Source of the DNA: Podarcis muralis
Taxonomy: Eukaryota
NCBI RefSeq assembly: GCF_964188315.1
Contig: NC_135662.1
Span: 7,564,001 to 7,628,000 of the forward strand
DNA length: 64,000 nt
Direction: 5' to 3'
In this document: in pieces, positions 23,090 through 35,351 of the stretch
How the letters are laid out: each line of letters opens with the position of its first letter
How positions within the stretch are numbered: the stretch's first letter is position 1
Program-made: the position numbers and the translations under genes
The notes under the pieces: generated by a model
Told to the model about the DNA's origin: nothing
The model's input: only the letters and a program-made list of their open reading frames with translations
The model's database searches: none

Positions 23090-23230
23090 ATCCAGGTTTG
23101 GACTTGAACGTCTCACTTCTTTCTCCCATCTTCCTCCTCCTTAAAAAGCCTCTGTAATATGACCTTCAAGCTCTCCCTTGTTTCTTTTTTCCAACCAGGA
23201 AATATGTATTAATAAAATGCAGGTATATGG
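23090..23230 (-). pseudogene. Degenerate second copy of the paralog 5 C-terminal tail
   Basis: tatttcctggttgg...agggagagcttgaaggtcatattacagaggctttttaaggaggaggaa (YFLVG..RESLKVILQRLFKEEE) repeats 23330-23460. Confidence 0.7.
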
Positions 23231-23437
23231 GTTTCTTTGAACTTCTGAACAGCCCCAGGACCTTGCCAAAAGTATCAGAATAGCAAGAGGGAAAAAGTGA
23301 ATCATTCTGATTCTTTTGAAGCATCATATCTGCTGGCTGACCCGGAGTTCTACCTCCTCTCTTCCCTGTTCCTCCTCCTTGAAAACCCTCTGGAATACGA
23401 CCTTCAAGCTCTCCCTTGATCGACTGTGTTTCTTCCT

Positions 23438-24316
23438 TCAAACCAGGAAATAAATCAAAGGGTTAACACTGCTGTTTAGGCAGCTGCATAAGAGCCCAAT
23501 AAATATTTTAGTACTGTTTCCACTTTCAAGGGGAAAATGGATTAATGAAATGCAAGTAAATGGGAAAGCTAAGAAGAGGAAGAAGAGGAGGGCAAGTAGG
23601 ATGGCTGTTAAAGCTTTTCCCTTCTTCCTCTGTTGTGATCTGAAGTAAACTTTTATAAACAGGACCAGAGTGGAAACAGTCATGAGTGGGAGGCAAAGTA
23701 TAGCATTTATTAGAAACAGGTAGAAAAGGGGATTTGTTATAACTAAAAAAATAAAAATAATCATGCTGATTACAGTGAGCAGGAAAGCAATGATCCATAT
23801 TAAGGCACACACAAGGGTGGAATAGTGTGGTGGTCGGTGGCATCGATGCCAAAGGGGAAAGACGACAGAAACACACCTGTCCATGCTAATGGCTGTCAAC
23901 AGATATTGACCAGTGTTGTACATGAACAATAAAGCAAAGGTGCCAAAAGATATTATATTGAAATAATAATCACTGGCATGTAAGAATGAAAATGACTCCA
24001 GAAGATATATAATGGACAAAGTAAATAAGCATATGAGAGCCCCAAGGTCAGCAGCAGCCAGATGCAGGATGAAGGTGGTGAAATGATTCATCTTCATGCA
24101 AAAGCCAAGAAACCAGATGACATTTCCATTCCCCATAAGTCCAAAAATGCTAATAAATAAAATGGAGACGGAGATAAAAATGTCTTCTATAGGATATGGT
24201 GATAATTCATGATCAAAACCATCCTGGGGGGTTAGGAGGTCAGTTCCATTTTCTGCTCCAAGATCTTCCCCTGAAGCATCCAAAGTGGACCAGGATCCCA
24301 GGCCATCATTGCTCAT
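23438..24316 (-). pseudogene. MAS-related GPCR paralog 5 (divergent) with a premature TGA directly after TM7
   Basis: ATG at 24316 (MSNDGLGSW), acceptor ttttctcctggtag| ending at 24361; ORF ends NPLIYFLV-TGA where paralogs have GGA; frame stays open for 37 more codons to TGA at 23324-23326. Confidence 0.85.
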
Positions 24317-26543
24317 TTTGCTTAATCTCTTCTTCTGAGCTATTTCTTCTATGGATCTTCCTACCAGGAGAAAATGAACAAATGTGGAGTCAGTTTTGGC
24401 TATAAAGCTCAACCATATTAAACTGAGACCCTCAAACTATAACAAAAGAGACATGCTGTACTGGGAAAATTTATGACTGATAAACAAAGAATGAAAGAAA
24501 TAAAAACTTTAGGAATATTATTCTTTAGAATGTTTTTCAAAATTTATCAGTTTCAAAGGTTATGGGGGGGGAATGCAGTTTGGCGATGGGTTATGGATCC
24601 CCCCCCATTAAGGAATCTGCAGGCACAGCATCAGTAAGCATATCATTTTTAACCTAAAATTCCCCTCTTCTGCTCTCGGAGTCAGACATAACATCTGAAA
24701 TTAGACTTGACTTCTCAAACTAACTAAACTGAGAGTGGGGCGGATGGATGGGGTCAATGTTTCAAATCTGGAGTGGAGAAGAGGAATGGGAGAAGGAGTT
24801 GAACATCAAGAAAACAAAAGCCATTATCAGTAGTAGTACCCCAGCCACATTGGACAGCTTCCAACATATATAAAAGCATAACAAAACAATGCACTGGGTA
24901 GGCATGTGTAAGTTTGTATTATTATTAAAATGTGATTTTTAACAAAACCAGATTAAATAAAACTCAAGTCAAATCCACTGTCCTGGTCTCACAGTGGCCA
25001 AACAGATGCTTAAGGGAAGCCTACAAACAGCTTTGGAACACAAAAGTCCTCTCCTCTTCTGTGGTTTTCTGCTGCCCCAACAACTCTTTGATTTCCCAAC
25101 CCCACTCGGGGCAACTTTGACATTTGTGGGAGACCAACCTGCTTTTTTTTTTTTTTTTTTTACGAGGGCATGGGGACACTTCTCTCCAATCCCAGATTTG
25201 ATAACATGACCCCTAACATTCTTCAGAGGGAAATAGGGATATTTTTCACTCCTCTCCTATTGACCCTCCTCGACCCCCATTATTTGTCCCCCACATAGTA
25301 TTTCCTAACATAAGAAGTGTCACCACCAGTAAATGGTTTATGAAAGAAACACACACTATGAACGATAACAGAAAAATAATCTACACAAGTTAAAATGAGT
25401 TTAAAGCAGCAAAATGAGAGCTAATATCTCTCTCTGTGTGTGTGTGTGCATGCTCACATGTGCTGATGAGCCTGACATTGAGATTTTTTTAAAATAAGGT
25501 TGTACCCCTATAGTAGAGCACTTGTGAGGCAGATTATTTGTTTCTCCAGCCCTGTATTCCCTTCCTCAGGGATTCAGCCTAGGATTTTCTGCCTTCAATG
25601 CATATGCACTTCTGCTTATGGTTCCCCTTCCGCTTTTGCAAACGAACTATGCCAACTTGAGACATTCCCATGCCTGTGAGCAACTGTTGATCAGCAGTCT
25701 AGTACAACATCAACCTCTGTGCAGTCCCTGCCCTGCTGGAGAAGGCAAAACAGAAATGGGGAACACAGAACAAGATGAAAAAAGTGGTGAAACTGATTGA
25801 GTGGGATAATAGACTGCTAGAGGTATTCATGGTATTTTAAAAAGTGGACATAAGTGGGCAAGTGACAGCAATAAAGGCTTTTCTCATGTTTTCTTTGATT
25901 TAAGAAAAGAAAACAGATCCAGGTAATTGAAAAGAAATGATATACTTGAATATATGCCTTATATGAGCCCCCTCTTCACTCATCTTGCATTCAGTAAGTG
26001 CATAGGTTAACATAATAAGCAGATACAAAGCTAAACCTTTTCAGATTAGTCTTTCATGTTTTGTAGCTATTTTGGAGTGGGTTGTTAAGGTGAAATGACT
26101 CCTGCTCTTTAATTGCCAGGTAAAGGGGCCAGTGGCGCTTGCATCTACCTGAATATATGGGGGGGGGGGGTTCAGAGAGTCACTATGATAGGTTTCCCTT
26201 ATTCCCCAAAGTGAAAATCCCTTGACATATGCCCTGGTATTCCTGGACATTTTGCAAATTTAGTGAAAATCCCAGACGTGTGCAGGAAAATCTGGACATA
26301 TAGCAGCCCTACTCTATGAAACACATCATCTTCCTTGGCAAAAGCTCTCAGTTCCCTTTCCCTCTTAAGCCTGTAACGAAACCTAAATACATCTTATTGA
26401 AATAACTGGCTAATCTTTCCCTGTTCACCTCACCTCCCATTCTTTCTTTCTTTGCTTCTCCATTGTTCAATTTTAGATTGAACACAGCCTCTCCAATCCA
26501 ACATGAATGCAATTCTTTTGTTCCCCTTTTCTATACATTTATG

Positions 26544-27097
26544 CAGGGGCAGAGGAAGGGTGTGTGTGGTGGGGGCAGTTCTCCCTGGGTGTCACCACTG
26601 AGGGGGGTGACAAAATGCCAGGTGGCACTCACCACGGGGCCTGCAGCACGCCAGAGCCACATGTCTCTGCTGGTAGTGACATAGTGGCTTGGGCACCCAT
26701 AGGCTCCAGAGCCAGTGTGGTGTAGTGGTTAAGAGGGGTAGACTCATAATCTGGGTAACCAGGTTCGCGTCTCCACTCCTCCACATGCAGCTGCTGGGTG
26801 ACCTTGGGCTAGTCACACTTCTCTGAAGTCTCTCAGCCCCACTCACCTCACAGAGTGTTTGTTGTGGGGGAGGAAGGGAAAGAAGAATGTTAGCCGCTTT
26901 GAGACTCCATCGGGTAGTGATAAAGTGGGATATCTAATCCAAACTCTTCTTCTTCTTCTTCTCCACACTGCCCCAAACAGTCTGCCCGCCTCCTCCCCCT
27001 CAGCTGTAGGGCGGCTGAGTGAGAGGAGGCAGGCAGACTCCTTGGAAGCCCCATGGAGTGTCCTGCCCCAGTGCCCGGTTGGCTTGTTCTGCCGCTG
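26544..27097. mobile_element. hAT-type MITE with nested SINE
   Basis: TIRs caggggcaga / tctgccgctg; 8-bp TSD catttatg / catctatg. Confidence 0.75.
26708..26962 (+). mobile_element. tRNA-headed SINE (Squam3-like) with (TCT)n tail
   Basis: agagccagtgtggtgtagtggttaagag A-box, ggttcg B-box-like motif, tail; same family at 44724 and 54161. Confidence 0.85.
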
Positions 27098-27334
27098 CAT
27101 CTATGAGAAGTTGCCTGTTGAGAAAAACTATCTGTATGCCAAAAGGCTACATTTTTAGTTCAGCAGGAAGCAGGGCTGTCACAAGACTGCGTCGATACTC
27201 CGTCTCCATTCTCTGTCTCTGTAAAGCAGTTTCGTGCAAAATGCATGTGTGCCAAATGCATGCATGATTCTGCCACTGTGCCATGGCTCACCTGCCACCC
27301 TTCCAAATGAAGTATGTTCACATACGTACTGTAC

Positions 27335-27362
27335 CTGTGAGAAGCTGTGGAACAGATATCAT
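27335..27362 (-). CDS. Upstream MRGPR coding exon (MISVPQLLT+G, phase 1); exon about 27335-27391
   Basis: ATG ATA TCT GTT CCA CAG CTT CTC ACA G|gtacag; in frame with the 44-nt leader of paralog 5. Confidence 0.55.
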
Positions 27363-28249
27363 GAGAAGGAGAAAGCAGGAGTCACAGCGTTCTGTGCTGG
27401 GAAAAGTAGGCAGTTGGAGGATTTGCAGGAATCAATGCAATCCCCAAGCCGCAAGGGAAACTTCTAAGTCTGACCAAGCCGATTGCAAAATGTTCTGTAA
27501 CCTACCCTCTCCTCTTCATTTTTGCTTAATCAGCTGGCCAACATCTTGTGACAAGAAGAAACTGCATTTACTGGTGAACAAGATAGTCATCAACAAAATT
27601 TGGAGGAGGCTGTTGCCCTCTAATCTCACGGTTGTAGAAAGTACTCTTGAGAAAAGCTGGTTTGCCAGTGTTAGAGATGGGGGAAGAAGCTAACACCTTT
27701 GTGACTTGACCGGGAGTAATTCATTTATTGATTAAAGCCATACCATGCTTCTATATTTCCATGCTCAATATGGTTAACAAAATTACAGATATACATGACA
27801 GTAGAAAAACACATGGAATATTGCAGCCAATTTATATAACGATTAACTATCATAAGGGGCATGAGAAGTTGCTTCCGGAAATTGGTAATTCCCTTTAATT
27901 TTCCATCCACTCTGAGGAATTCATGGAGGGTGCAACTACATATCAGGTTCTTCTTCTGCTCTTATATTCACTTGCCTGGGTGTAGGTCAAATGGATCTCT
28001 TAAGTTTTCACTGCAGAGTAGACGAGTACATGGTTTGCATGCTGTTATTTATTTGTGCTATTCGATGTGTATGGCTATATGTAGAAATTAAACATTATTC
28101 TTGGATTCAATTAACTTTTGTTTTCTAGCTCCAGCTTAGAGCAGAACACGAAAAACAGGCAATGACACCACAAAACCTTTGAAGTGTCTGGAAGAGAAGA
28201 CAGTTTTTCAAACCTGTTTTTGTTGACAACAACCAATAATATTTTTTTT

Positions 28250-29122
28250 CATAGAATCATAGAATCATAGAATCATAGAGTTGGAAGAGACCACAAGGGC
28301 CATCGAGTCCAACCCCCTGCCAAGCAGGAAACACCATCAGAGCACTCCTGACATATGGTTGTCAAGCCTCTGCTTAAAGACCTCCAAAGAAGGAGACTCC
28401 ACCACACTCCTTGGCAGCAAATTCCACTGTCGAACAGCTCTTACTGTCAGGAAGTTCTTCCTAATGTTTAGGTGGAATCTTCTTTCTTGTAGTTTGGATC
28501 CATTGCTCCGTGTCCGCTTCTCTGGAGCAGCAGAAAACAACCTTTCTCCCTCCTCTATGTGACATCCTTTTATATATTTGAACATGGCTATCATATCACC
28601 CCTTAACCTCCTCTTCTCCAGGCTAAACATGCCCAGCTCCCTTAGCCGTTCCTCATAAGGCATCATTTCCAGGCCTTTGACCATTTTGGTTGCCCTCCTC
28701 TGGACACGTTCCAGTTTGTCAGTGTCCTTCTTGAACTGTGGTGCCCAGAACTGGACACAGTACTCCAGGTGAGGTCTGACCAGAGCAGAATACAGTGGCA
28801 CTATTACTTCCCTTGATCTAGATGCTATACTCCTATTGATGAGGCCCAGAATTGCATTGGCTTTTTTAGCTGCCGCGTCACACTGTTGGCTCATGTCAAG
28901 TTTGTGGTCAACCAAGACTCCTAGATCCTTTTCACATGTACTGCTCTCAAGCCAGGTGTCACCCATCTTGTATTTGTGCCTCTCATTTTTTTTGCCCAAG
29001 TGCAATACTTTGCATTTCTCCCTGTTAAAATTCATCTTGTTTGTTTTGGCCCAGTTCTCTAATCTGTCAAGGTCGTTTTGAAGTGTGATCCTGTCCTCTG
29101 GGGTGTTAGCCACCCCTCCCAG
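28250..29122 (-). mobile_element. CR1 LINE, 5'-truncated, young
   Basis: Stop-free ORF2 C-terminus (LQNDLDRLENWA..MNFNREKCKVLHLG, LVRPHLEYCVQFWAP); (ATTCTATG)n tail; empty site at ~46235 in the duplicate unit. Confidence 0.95.
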
Positions 29123-30568
29123 TTTTCCATATGTGAACAACAGAATAAACCCAAAAATATACATACAAGATTATTTCATATGTAAGTAGCAACGTAAGAG
29201 AAGAAGCTGTAGGGCCTGATGATACGTACACTTGAGAAAAGTTTCTTTCCTAGTCATCAGGAAGCAGGAAGCAGCTAACAACTCTGTGACTTGATTGAAC
29301 GATATTCATTTATTAATTACTAATAGCATAGTATGCTTCTTTCTGTCCATTCTCAACCTGGTTAACATAATAATGTATATACAAAAAAGTACAAAAACAC
29401 GGAATATTGCATCCAATGGATAAAGTAACATAAGAGCCATCAGAAGTTTCTTCTAGAAATTGGGGGTTTCCTGCATATTTTTCCCCACTCCCACACGTCA
29501 CCCCCTGCTAACTACTCAAAACTCTGCCATTGTTTACAACCTCCGCTTTCCTCATATCAGATTCCCTCAAGGATGCAGCGTCGTCAAATATACCATTGCT
29601 TGAAGGGATTTAACTCAAACTGCTGCTGTTGTTTACAATTGTCAATATCCCCCTCTCATTTCCCCCCAATTTATACAAATGTCTGCTGTTGTTTGAAGTC
29701 ACCATTTCCCCCTTGAAAACTGGCTTTCACTGGCATGCAGTGATGGCCACCAACTTGGAAGGCTTTAAAAGAAGAATACAAAAATTAATTGGGAATAGGC
29801 CTATAAACAGATACAAATCATGGTGGAGGCTGTGCTCTGCTTCCACAGCACAAGGCAATGTGCTTTTGGATGCCAGTTGCTGAAAATTGCAGAAGAGGAG
29901 AGCTCTTTTGTGATCAGGCCATGCCTGCTCGTTTCCATCATGTATCTGGTTCAGCAGTGTGAGAACAGGATGGTGGAGTCAATGGGCAATTGGCCAAATT
30001 CATCAGGTCCTTCTTATGGTCTTAGATTCACTTCTTGGGAGTAGATCCTACTGAATTCTAAAGGGCTTACTTCTGAGTAGACATATATAAGATTGCTCTG
30101 CATGCATGCCATTTATTTGTGGTGCTGGGTGAGTATAGCTATGGGCAGAAATTAAACATTATTCTTTGATTCAGTTAACAGCAGAAACAGATAATGTAGC
30201 AAGCAAGATTTAACAGTGTTAACAACCATAGAATAGATTTTTCCATATTATGTGATTCCATCTCACTTCTTTTTATGCTGCTTTTGAGGCAGAAGTCAAT
30301 TTGTGTTTTGTCGTATCCATGATAGTCATTTTCTGACTTTACCTCTTGAACATTTCAAAATGTGCCTCCACTGGCGAAAACTGGCTTAGTCGGAGCTAGA
30401 ATGCCTAGATAGGACTGAAGTGATAAAGCTCAAAGTGATGACCTTTTAGAGCTTCCATAGCTTGAGTTTCAGTGGCGGTATTGACTCAGTAGAATTGTAA
30501 ATTGGAAACTAGATTGTGTCATCAGACTCACAATGATAAAGACATATTTTGGCAATATTTTTGAGCCA

Positions 30569-31537
30569 TCATAACTGAGTTTCCAAAGAGATCTCCCCTG
30601 CCTCTGCAGGGTTTTCATCCTCTTTGAAAACATTCTGGAATGTGGCTTTCATGCTCTGCCTACACCTGCCACTTTTCTGTCTTCCAACCAGGAAATAAAT
30701 CAAAGGGTTAACACTGCTGTTCAGAGAGCTGAGTATGAAGGCATATTGTGAGAAAAAAGGAGGTACCGAATGAAGAACAAAAAGAGTGATGAAAACGGCA
30801 TTGAGTGGAAAAGAAAAAATGATAAAGAAGAAGAGAGCAAGCAGGACCATAATTAGAAGTTTCCCCCTCCTCCTCTGGTGTGATTTAAAGCAGACCCTGA
30901 CAAAAAGGATCAGAGTGGCGACAGTCATGAGTGGGAGGCAAAGGAAGCCACTCACAATAAACTGAATGCCCAGTGTGCTAGAAATATTGAAATCAGACAG
31001 AAGGAGAGTGAAGTGAATTGCAGGGGAAATAGAAGAAAGTCCCCATATTGAGGCACAAACAGCGGTGGACATATTTGGTGGTCGGTGGCATCTATGCCAA
31101 AGTGGGAAAAGGACAGCCACACACCTATCAATGCTGATGGCTGTCAGCAGAAATTGACCGTTGGTGTACATAAATAGGAAAATCAAGTAAAACATGTACT
31201 CTTCAAGGTAAGTGAAGTATTTTCCCACTATGAAAGACATTCTATCAATAAACACAACTGTGAGTAAACCAAAGTCAGCTATGGAGAGGTTCAGGATGTA
31301 AGTGGTGAAAGGAGTCCTCTTAATGTAGAAACCAAGCAGCCGGATGACAGTCCCATTCCCCAAAAGCCCAAAAATGCTGATTAAAAGGTAGCTGATATTC
31401 AATATATACTCTCCTAATGTCAATCCTGAATTATTATCAGTGTACGTATTGTTAGAGAGAACAGTTCCATTGTCCGTTCCGTAATATTCCTCTCCAGCAT
31501 TCACTGGGGACAGTGATGGGTGGGTGTAATTGATCAT
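30569..31537 (-). CDS. MAS-related GPCR paralog 6, intact (322 aa)
   Basis: Uninterrupted ORF with MRGPR motifs; acceptor 40 nt before ATG. Confidence 0.93.
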   Translation of the reverse strand: MINYTHPSLSPVNAGEEYYGTDNGTVLSNNTYTDNNSGLTLGEYILNISYLLISIFGLLGNGTVIRLLGFYIKRTPFTTYILNLSIADFGLLTVVFIDRMSFIVGKYFTYLEEYMFYLIFLFMYTNGQFLLTAISIDRCVAVLFPLWHRCHRPPNMSTAVCASIWGLSSISPAIHFTLLLSDFNISSTLGIQFIVSGFLCLPLMTVATLILFVRVCFKSHQRRRGKLLIMVLLALFFFIIFSFPLNAVFITLFVLHSVPPFFSQYAFILSSLNSSVNPLIYFLVGRQKSGRCRQSMKATFQNVFKEDENPAEAGEISLETQL

Positions 31538-32483
31538 GGTGATCTGTCTTTGCTTTTCTACTTTGTCCGCTGTTTTCCTGCTGGAAGAATTTAGAGAATG
31601 GTAGAATTAGTCTTTATTAACAGAAATAAGCAAAGACAAAGCTAAAGCTTTGGAGATTAGTCTTTCATAGCTTGTAGCTATTATGGAGTGGGTGGTTAAG
31701 GTGAAATGACTTGCTCTTTAATTGCCAGGTAAAGGGGCCAGTGGGGCTTGCAGCTACCTGAATATATTTGGGGTTTCAGAGAGTCTCTATCATAGGGTTC
31801 CCATATTCCCCAAAGTAAAAATGCTTCCCAGGGCAAGGAACATAGCTCTGTGGTGCAACATCTGCCTCCTGTGTTGAAGGGTTCCATCCCTGACACGAAC
31901 AATGAGCGTATACCCTTGTCTGAAACCCTTGAGAAGTGCTGTCAGCCAGAGTCACACAACCATAGAATGTTAGAGTTGGAAGGGACCCAAGGGTTATCTA
32001 GTCCAACCCCCTGCAATGCAACAATGTAAAGCAATACTGGGCAAATTGGAAATAGCCAGTGTGACATTGTGCTTCCAGTTTTGGAGTAAGATCTTGGAGA
32101 CCAGCCATCAAATTCCCACACAGACATAAAACTCACTGGATAACTTCAAACCAGAGTTCCTCAGCCTGACCTATCTCACAGGTTTGTTGTGAGGATAAAA
32201 AGAGGAGCAAGACGAACTATGTATACCACCTTGAAAGCCTTGGAGGAAAGGTGGGTATAAATAAATAAATGGACTGAATTTTAGGAGGCAGCTTCCTATA
32301 CTTTTCCATTCCTAAAACCTCATACAGAATCTTTCACAGCTGTGTTATCTTTTTACCTTTTAACCCCAGGGGTTGAAGCTGTTCTTGTCAATCATCATCA
32401 TCATCAATGCTTAATTCTGCCACACCAATTACTCATCTTTCTGCTCTTGCAAGTGAAGAATTTATAATGAGCTTTTCGCTTAC

Positions 32484-32545
32484 CTGTGACTAACGTTGGA
32501 TCAGATATTGTGATAGTGAGGGAGAGAGAACCAGAATAAATAATC
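32484..32545 (-). other. Upstream (non-coding) exon of paralog 6
   Basis: cacag| acceptor, cacag|gtaagc donor, ACA in place of ATG. Confidence 0.6.
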
Positions 32546-32981
32546 CTGTGCTGGAAGATTTGCAGACACCAATGCAACTCCCAAGTCCTGAAGAAACATT
32601 CAATGCATTTAAGAGCTCATGACAAGATGTGCTGGATTGTGCCTGCTTGCCTTCATTTATGCTTAATCAGTTTGCCAGTGTCATGTGACAAGAGAAAAAC
32701 GATTGTCACTGGGTTGTCAATGTAGTCTTTAGGGGATTGTGATCATGCACACTAACAGCTCCATTTGTAAAATATACAAATGTGCTTTGAAAGGCTCCAT
32801 TACAATTCAAAAGCCTGCAAGTTTTAAGCACTGAGAAGCACTTTGCTCTGCACACAGTAGATTTCCAATACACCCGGGGAAAGAGAGCCCAGCTAATGGG
32901 CTGGAAAGAGCAGGATGGTGGTACAGTAGGGATACAGCAAGAGGACCTTATTTTTTTATGGGAAACCTCCTAGAAGGGAAT

Positions 32982-33173
32982 TGTTGTTGTTTAGTCGTTT
33001 AGCCGTGTCCAACTCTTCATGACCCCATGGACCAGAGAACGCCAGGCACTCCTGTCTTCCACTGCCTCCCGAAGTTTGGTCAAACTCATGTTTGTAGCTT
33101 CGAGAACACTGTCCAACCATCTCGTCCTCTGTCGTCCCCTTCTCCTTGTGCCCTCCATCTTTCCCAACATCAG
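32982..33173 (-). mobile_element. RTE-BovB 3' fragment (192 bp)
   Basis: Matches 60960-61155; (CAA)n tail; 12-bp TSD ctagaagggaat at 32970-32981 and 33174-33185; empty sites at ~19310 and ~52570. Confidence 0.9.
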
Positions 33174-35351
33174 CTAGAAGGGAATACATATAGCCAATCT
33201 ACTCCCACTTGTAAGCAGAGAGTCCTCTTTGGATAAAAGTAGGAAGCCTGGAGTCTCTCAAGCCTCTTTCGTCCCAGATGCAAGCTACACAAATTCTATG
33301 CATGGCAGGAGAGAGTGCAGGAAGGTAAGGAAGGCCCTTCTCATGGCAGAATTGTGGTGAATGGGAAGGATGAAGGCAGGAAATGGTGCAGCAAGAGTTT
33401 GTGAGTGACATTTGGTCCTCTGCTTCAGGCAGCAAAATGTCTTGTGCCAGCACTAACACATCAAGTCTTTTGTTTTAGTTTTCCCCCCTTCTCTTTGGTG
33501 TCCTCACATATTTCTTTTTCTTCATGCTCCTCCTGAAAGGTAACCTTTATTGCGCAGCTTCTGGACTCCTTTGTCTTCATCTCTCCTTCAGTCTGTGTTG
33601 GTATCTAGCCCAACCATACACACATCCATTCCCAAGCCATGCATACATTCAAAATTTTGAATAAATATATAAATATAGAAAACTTCCTTGTACAAGGCAA
33701 GACCGTTTCTCTACCTAGCTTAGATTGCTGACACTCAGCTTCTTCCGGTTGGGCGCAATCTCGCCGCAAGCAGGGATTTTTCCTAGTGGAGAATCCCGTG
33801 TTTTTCGGAGGAAAATAGGGGTACCACAGGGCGCAGTGGTCCCCTAAAGTGTATTTGGAGGGTGTCCGGATACGCGGATTCCCGCTGGAGCCGAAACGCA
33901 GACCACCCGGCTGTCAGATAACTCCCAGTGGGAGCGAAGCGTACGGCGGGGGGAGAAGCGGGCTGAAGGGAAACCATAGCTACCTCCAGAAAACGAAGCC
34001 CCGAGCTTGCAGGGTGAGCGCTTAATTCTCAAATGCAAGAAATTCGATCCTAAATTGAATATAAAGAGGATGCTTTTAAATTAAGGAGGGATTCGGATAC
34101 GAAGGAAAAACACTGAGGTCAGCTGTCATCTGAAATCAGCGAAGATGCAGCGATATGAGCAAAGCTGGAGACGGGAAAGTGAGTTGCCGCTAGCGGCTAA
34201 AGTTTTTTTCGCCCTTCTAACTTGTAAAGTAATAACTCTTTTGAGAAGATACAGTGTAAATTCAAAGAGTAACAAAGTTAAAGGGGGGGGGCAGAGTGAT
34301 ATTATTCTGGACTTTGAAGGTCCTCTTGTAACTCTGAGAAAGAAAAGACTTAAAATATTCTCAGTTTCACTTTTATAAAAAATTGCGTAATGGAAGTGAA
34401 GCTTCCGACTCCATTGTTCCTTCTTTTAGACGGAGGCAATTGTGGAGAAGAAGGCTGTTCTCTATTTTTTGGATATTTTGGTTTATTTTTTCCTTTGGGA
34501 CTAATTACGTGGATCTATTTTCTTTCTTGGATATTGTTACCACTTGAGATTTAAGATTAAAACTTTTAAGTGAACTTTAGAACTTATAAACTACGTCCTC
34601 AATTCTTCGCCCTTTGTTGAGATTTTGGACCCCTTGTGGACATAAGAGAAATTACAACTTGTTTTTCTCACTTCCCTTTACTGTGGTATATATGAATGAT
34701 GGCTGGTCCTATATAAGGAAGTGAGTTAAGTTTCTTCTCTTTTTTGCTCCTCTATTATATGGTTTCTCTGAAGTTTGCTTGGATTCTCTTTAACTGTTTG
34801 GATTTAAGGATGGTTTAATTTAAAGAAGGTTTATAGCACCTCATATTTGGGGGGAAATTCGAAGACTACTTTTAATTTTGGAATCCCTAAAGGAGCACTT
34901 GGAGTACAATTAAAATTCTAATTGGATTACAAAGGTTTCTGAGAGGATTAGCCTAATTGGGGGCAAGAAGTTTTGCGATTTTGGCATCAATTCAGAGAAG
35001 AATATACTTTTTGGAGGTACAATTGGAATTTGGATTATAAATGGATTACAAATCTTTCTAAAAGGATTAGCCTAAGTGGTGGCAAGAAGAACAAATACTT
35101 TTGGTTTACAGCTTTGAGTTTCTACATTTTTAATTACTAAAGATTGGTTTGGGCTGAAGATAACAGAAATTGGAATCTACAAAGGACCAAATTATATACT
35201 TAATATTACATAACTATTAATAACTGAATCAAATAAGATAAGATATAAGAAATTTGTATTTTGGGTTATGTTTTTCTGAAATTGTGGGAAGCGGCGGTGG
35301 GAACTTATTTCTCTGATTTTATTTTGGAAGTTGTAGATATATCTGAGGGAA

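Noticed and set aside
24317-24412. ORF-track N-terminus MSFIAKTDSTFVHFLLV of paralog 5
   Set aside because: 24361-24412 is branch point and polypyrimidine tract of the intron, starting at a non-ATG codon; only 24317-24360 is exonic
26708-26790. tRNA gene candidates at SINE heads (also 17724, 44724, 46445, 54340)
   Set aside because: A/B boxes continue into SINE bodies with tails and TSDs; no full cloverleaf
28250-28280. Short direct repeats (catagaat)n as possible array
   Set aside because: Canonical CR1 3' octamer tail; no spacers; no CRISPR expected in this eukaryotic locus
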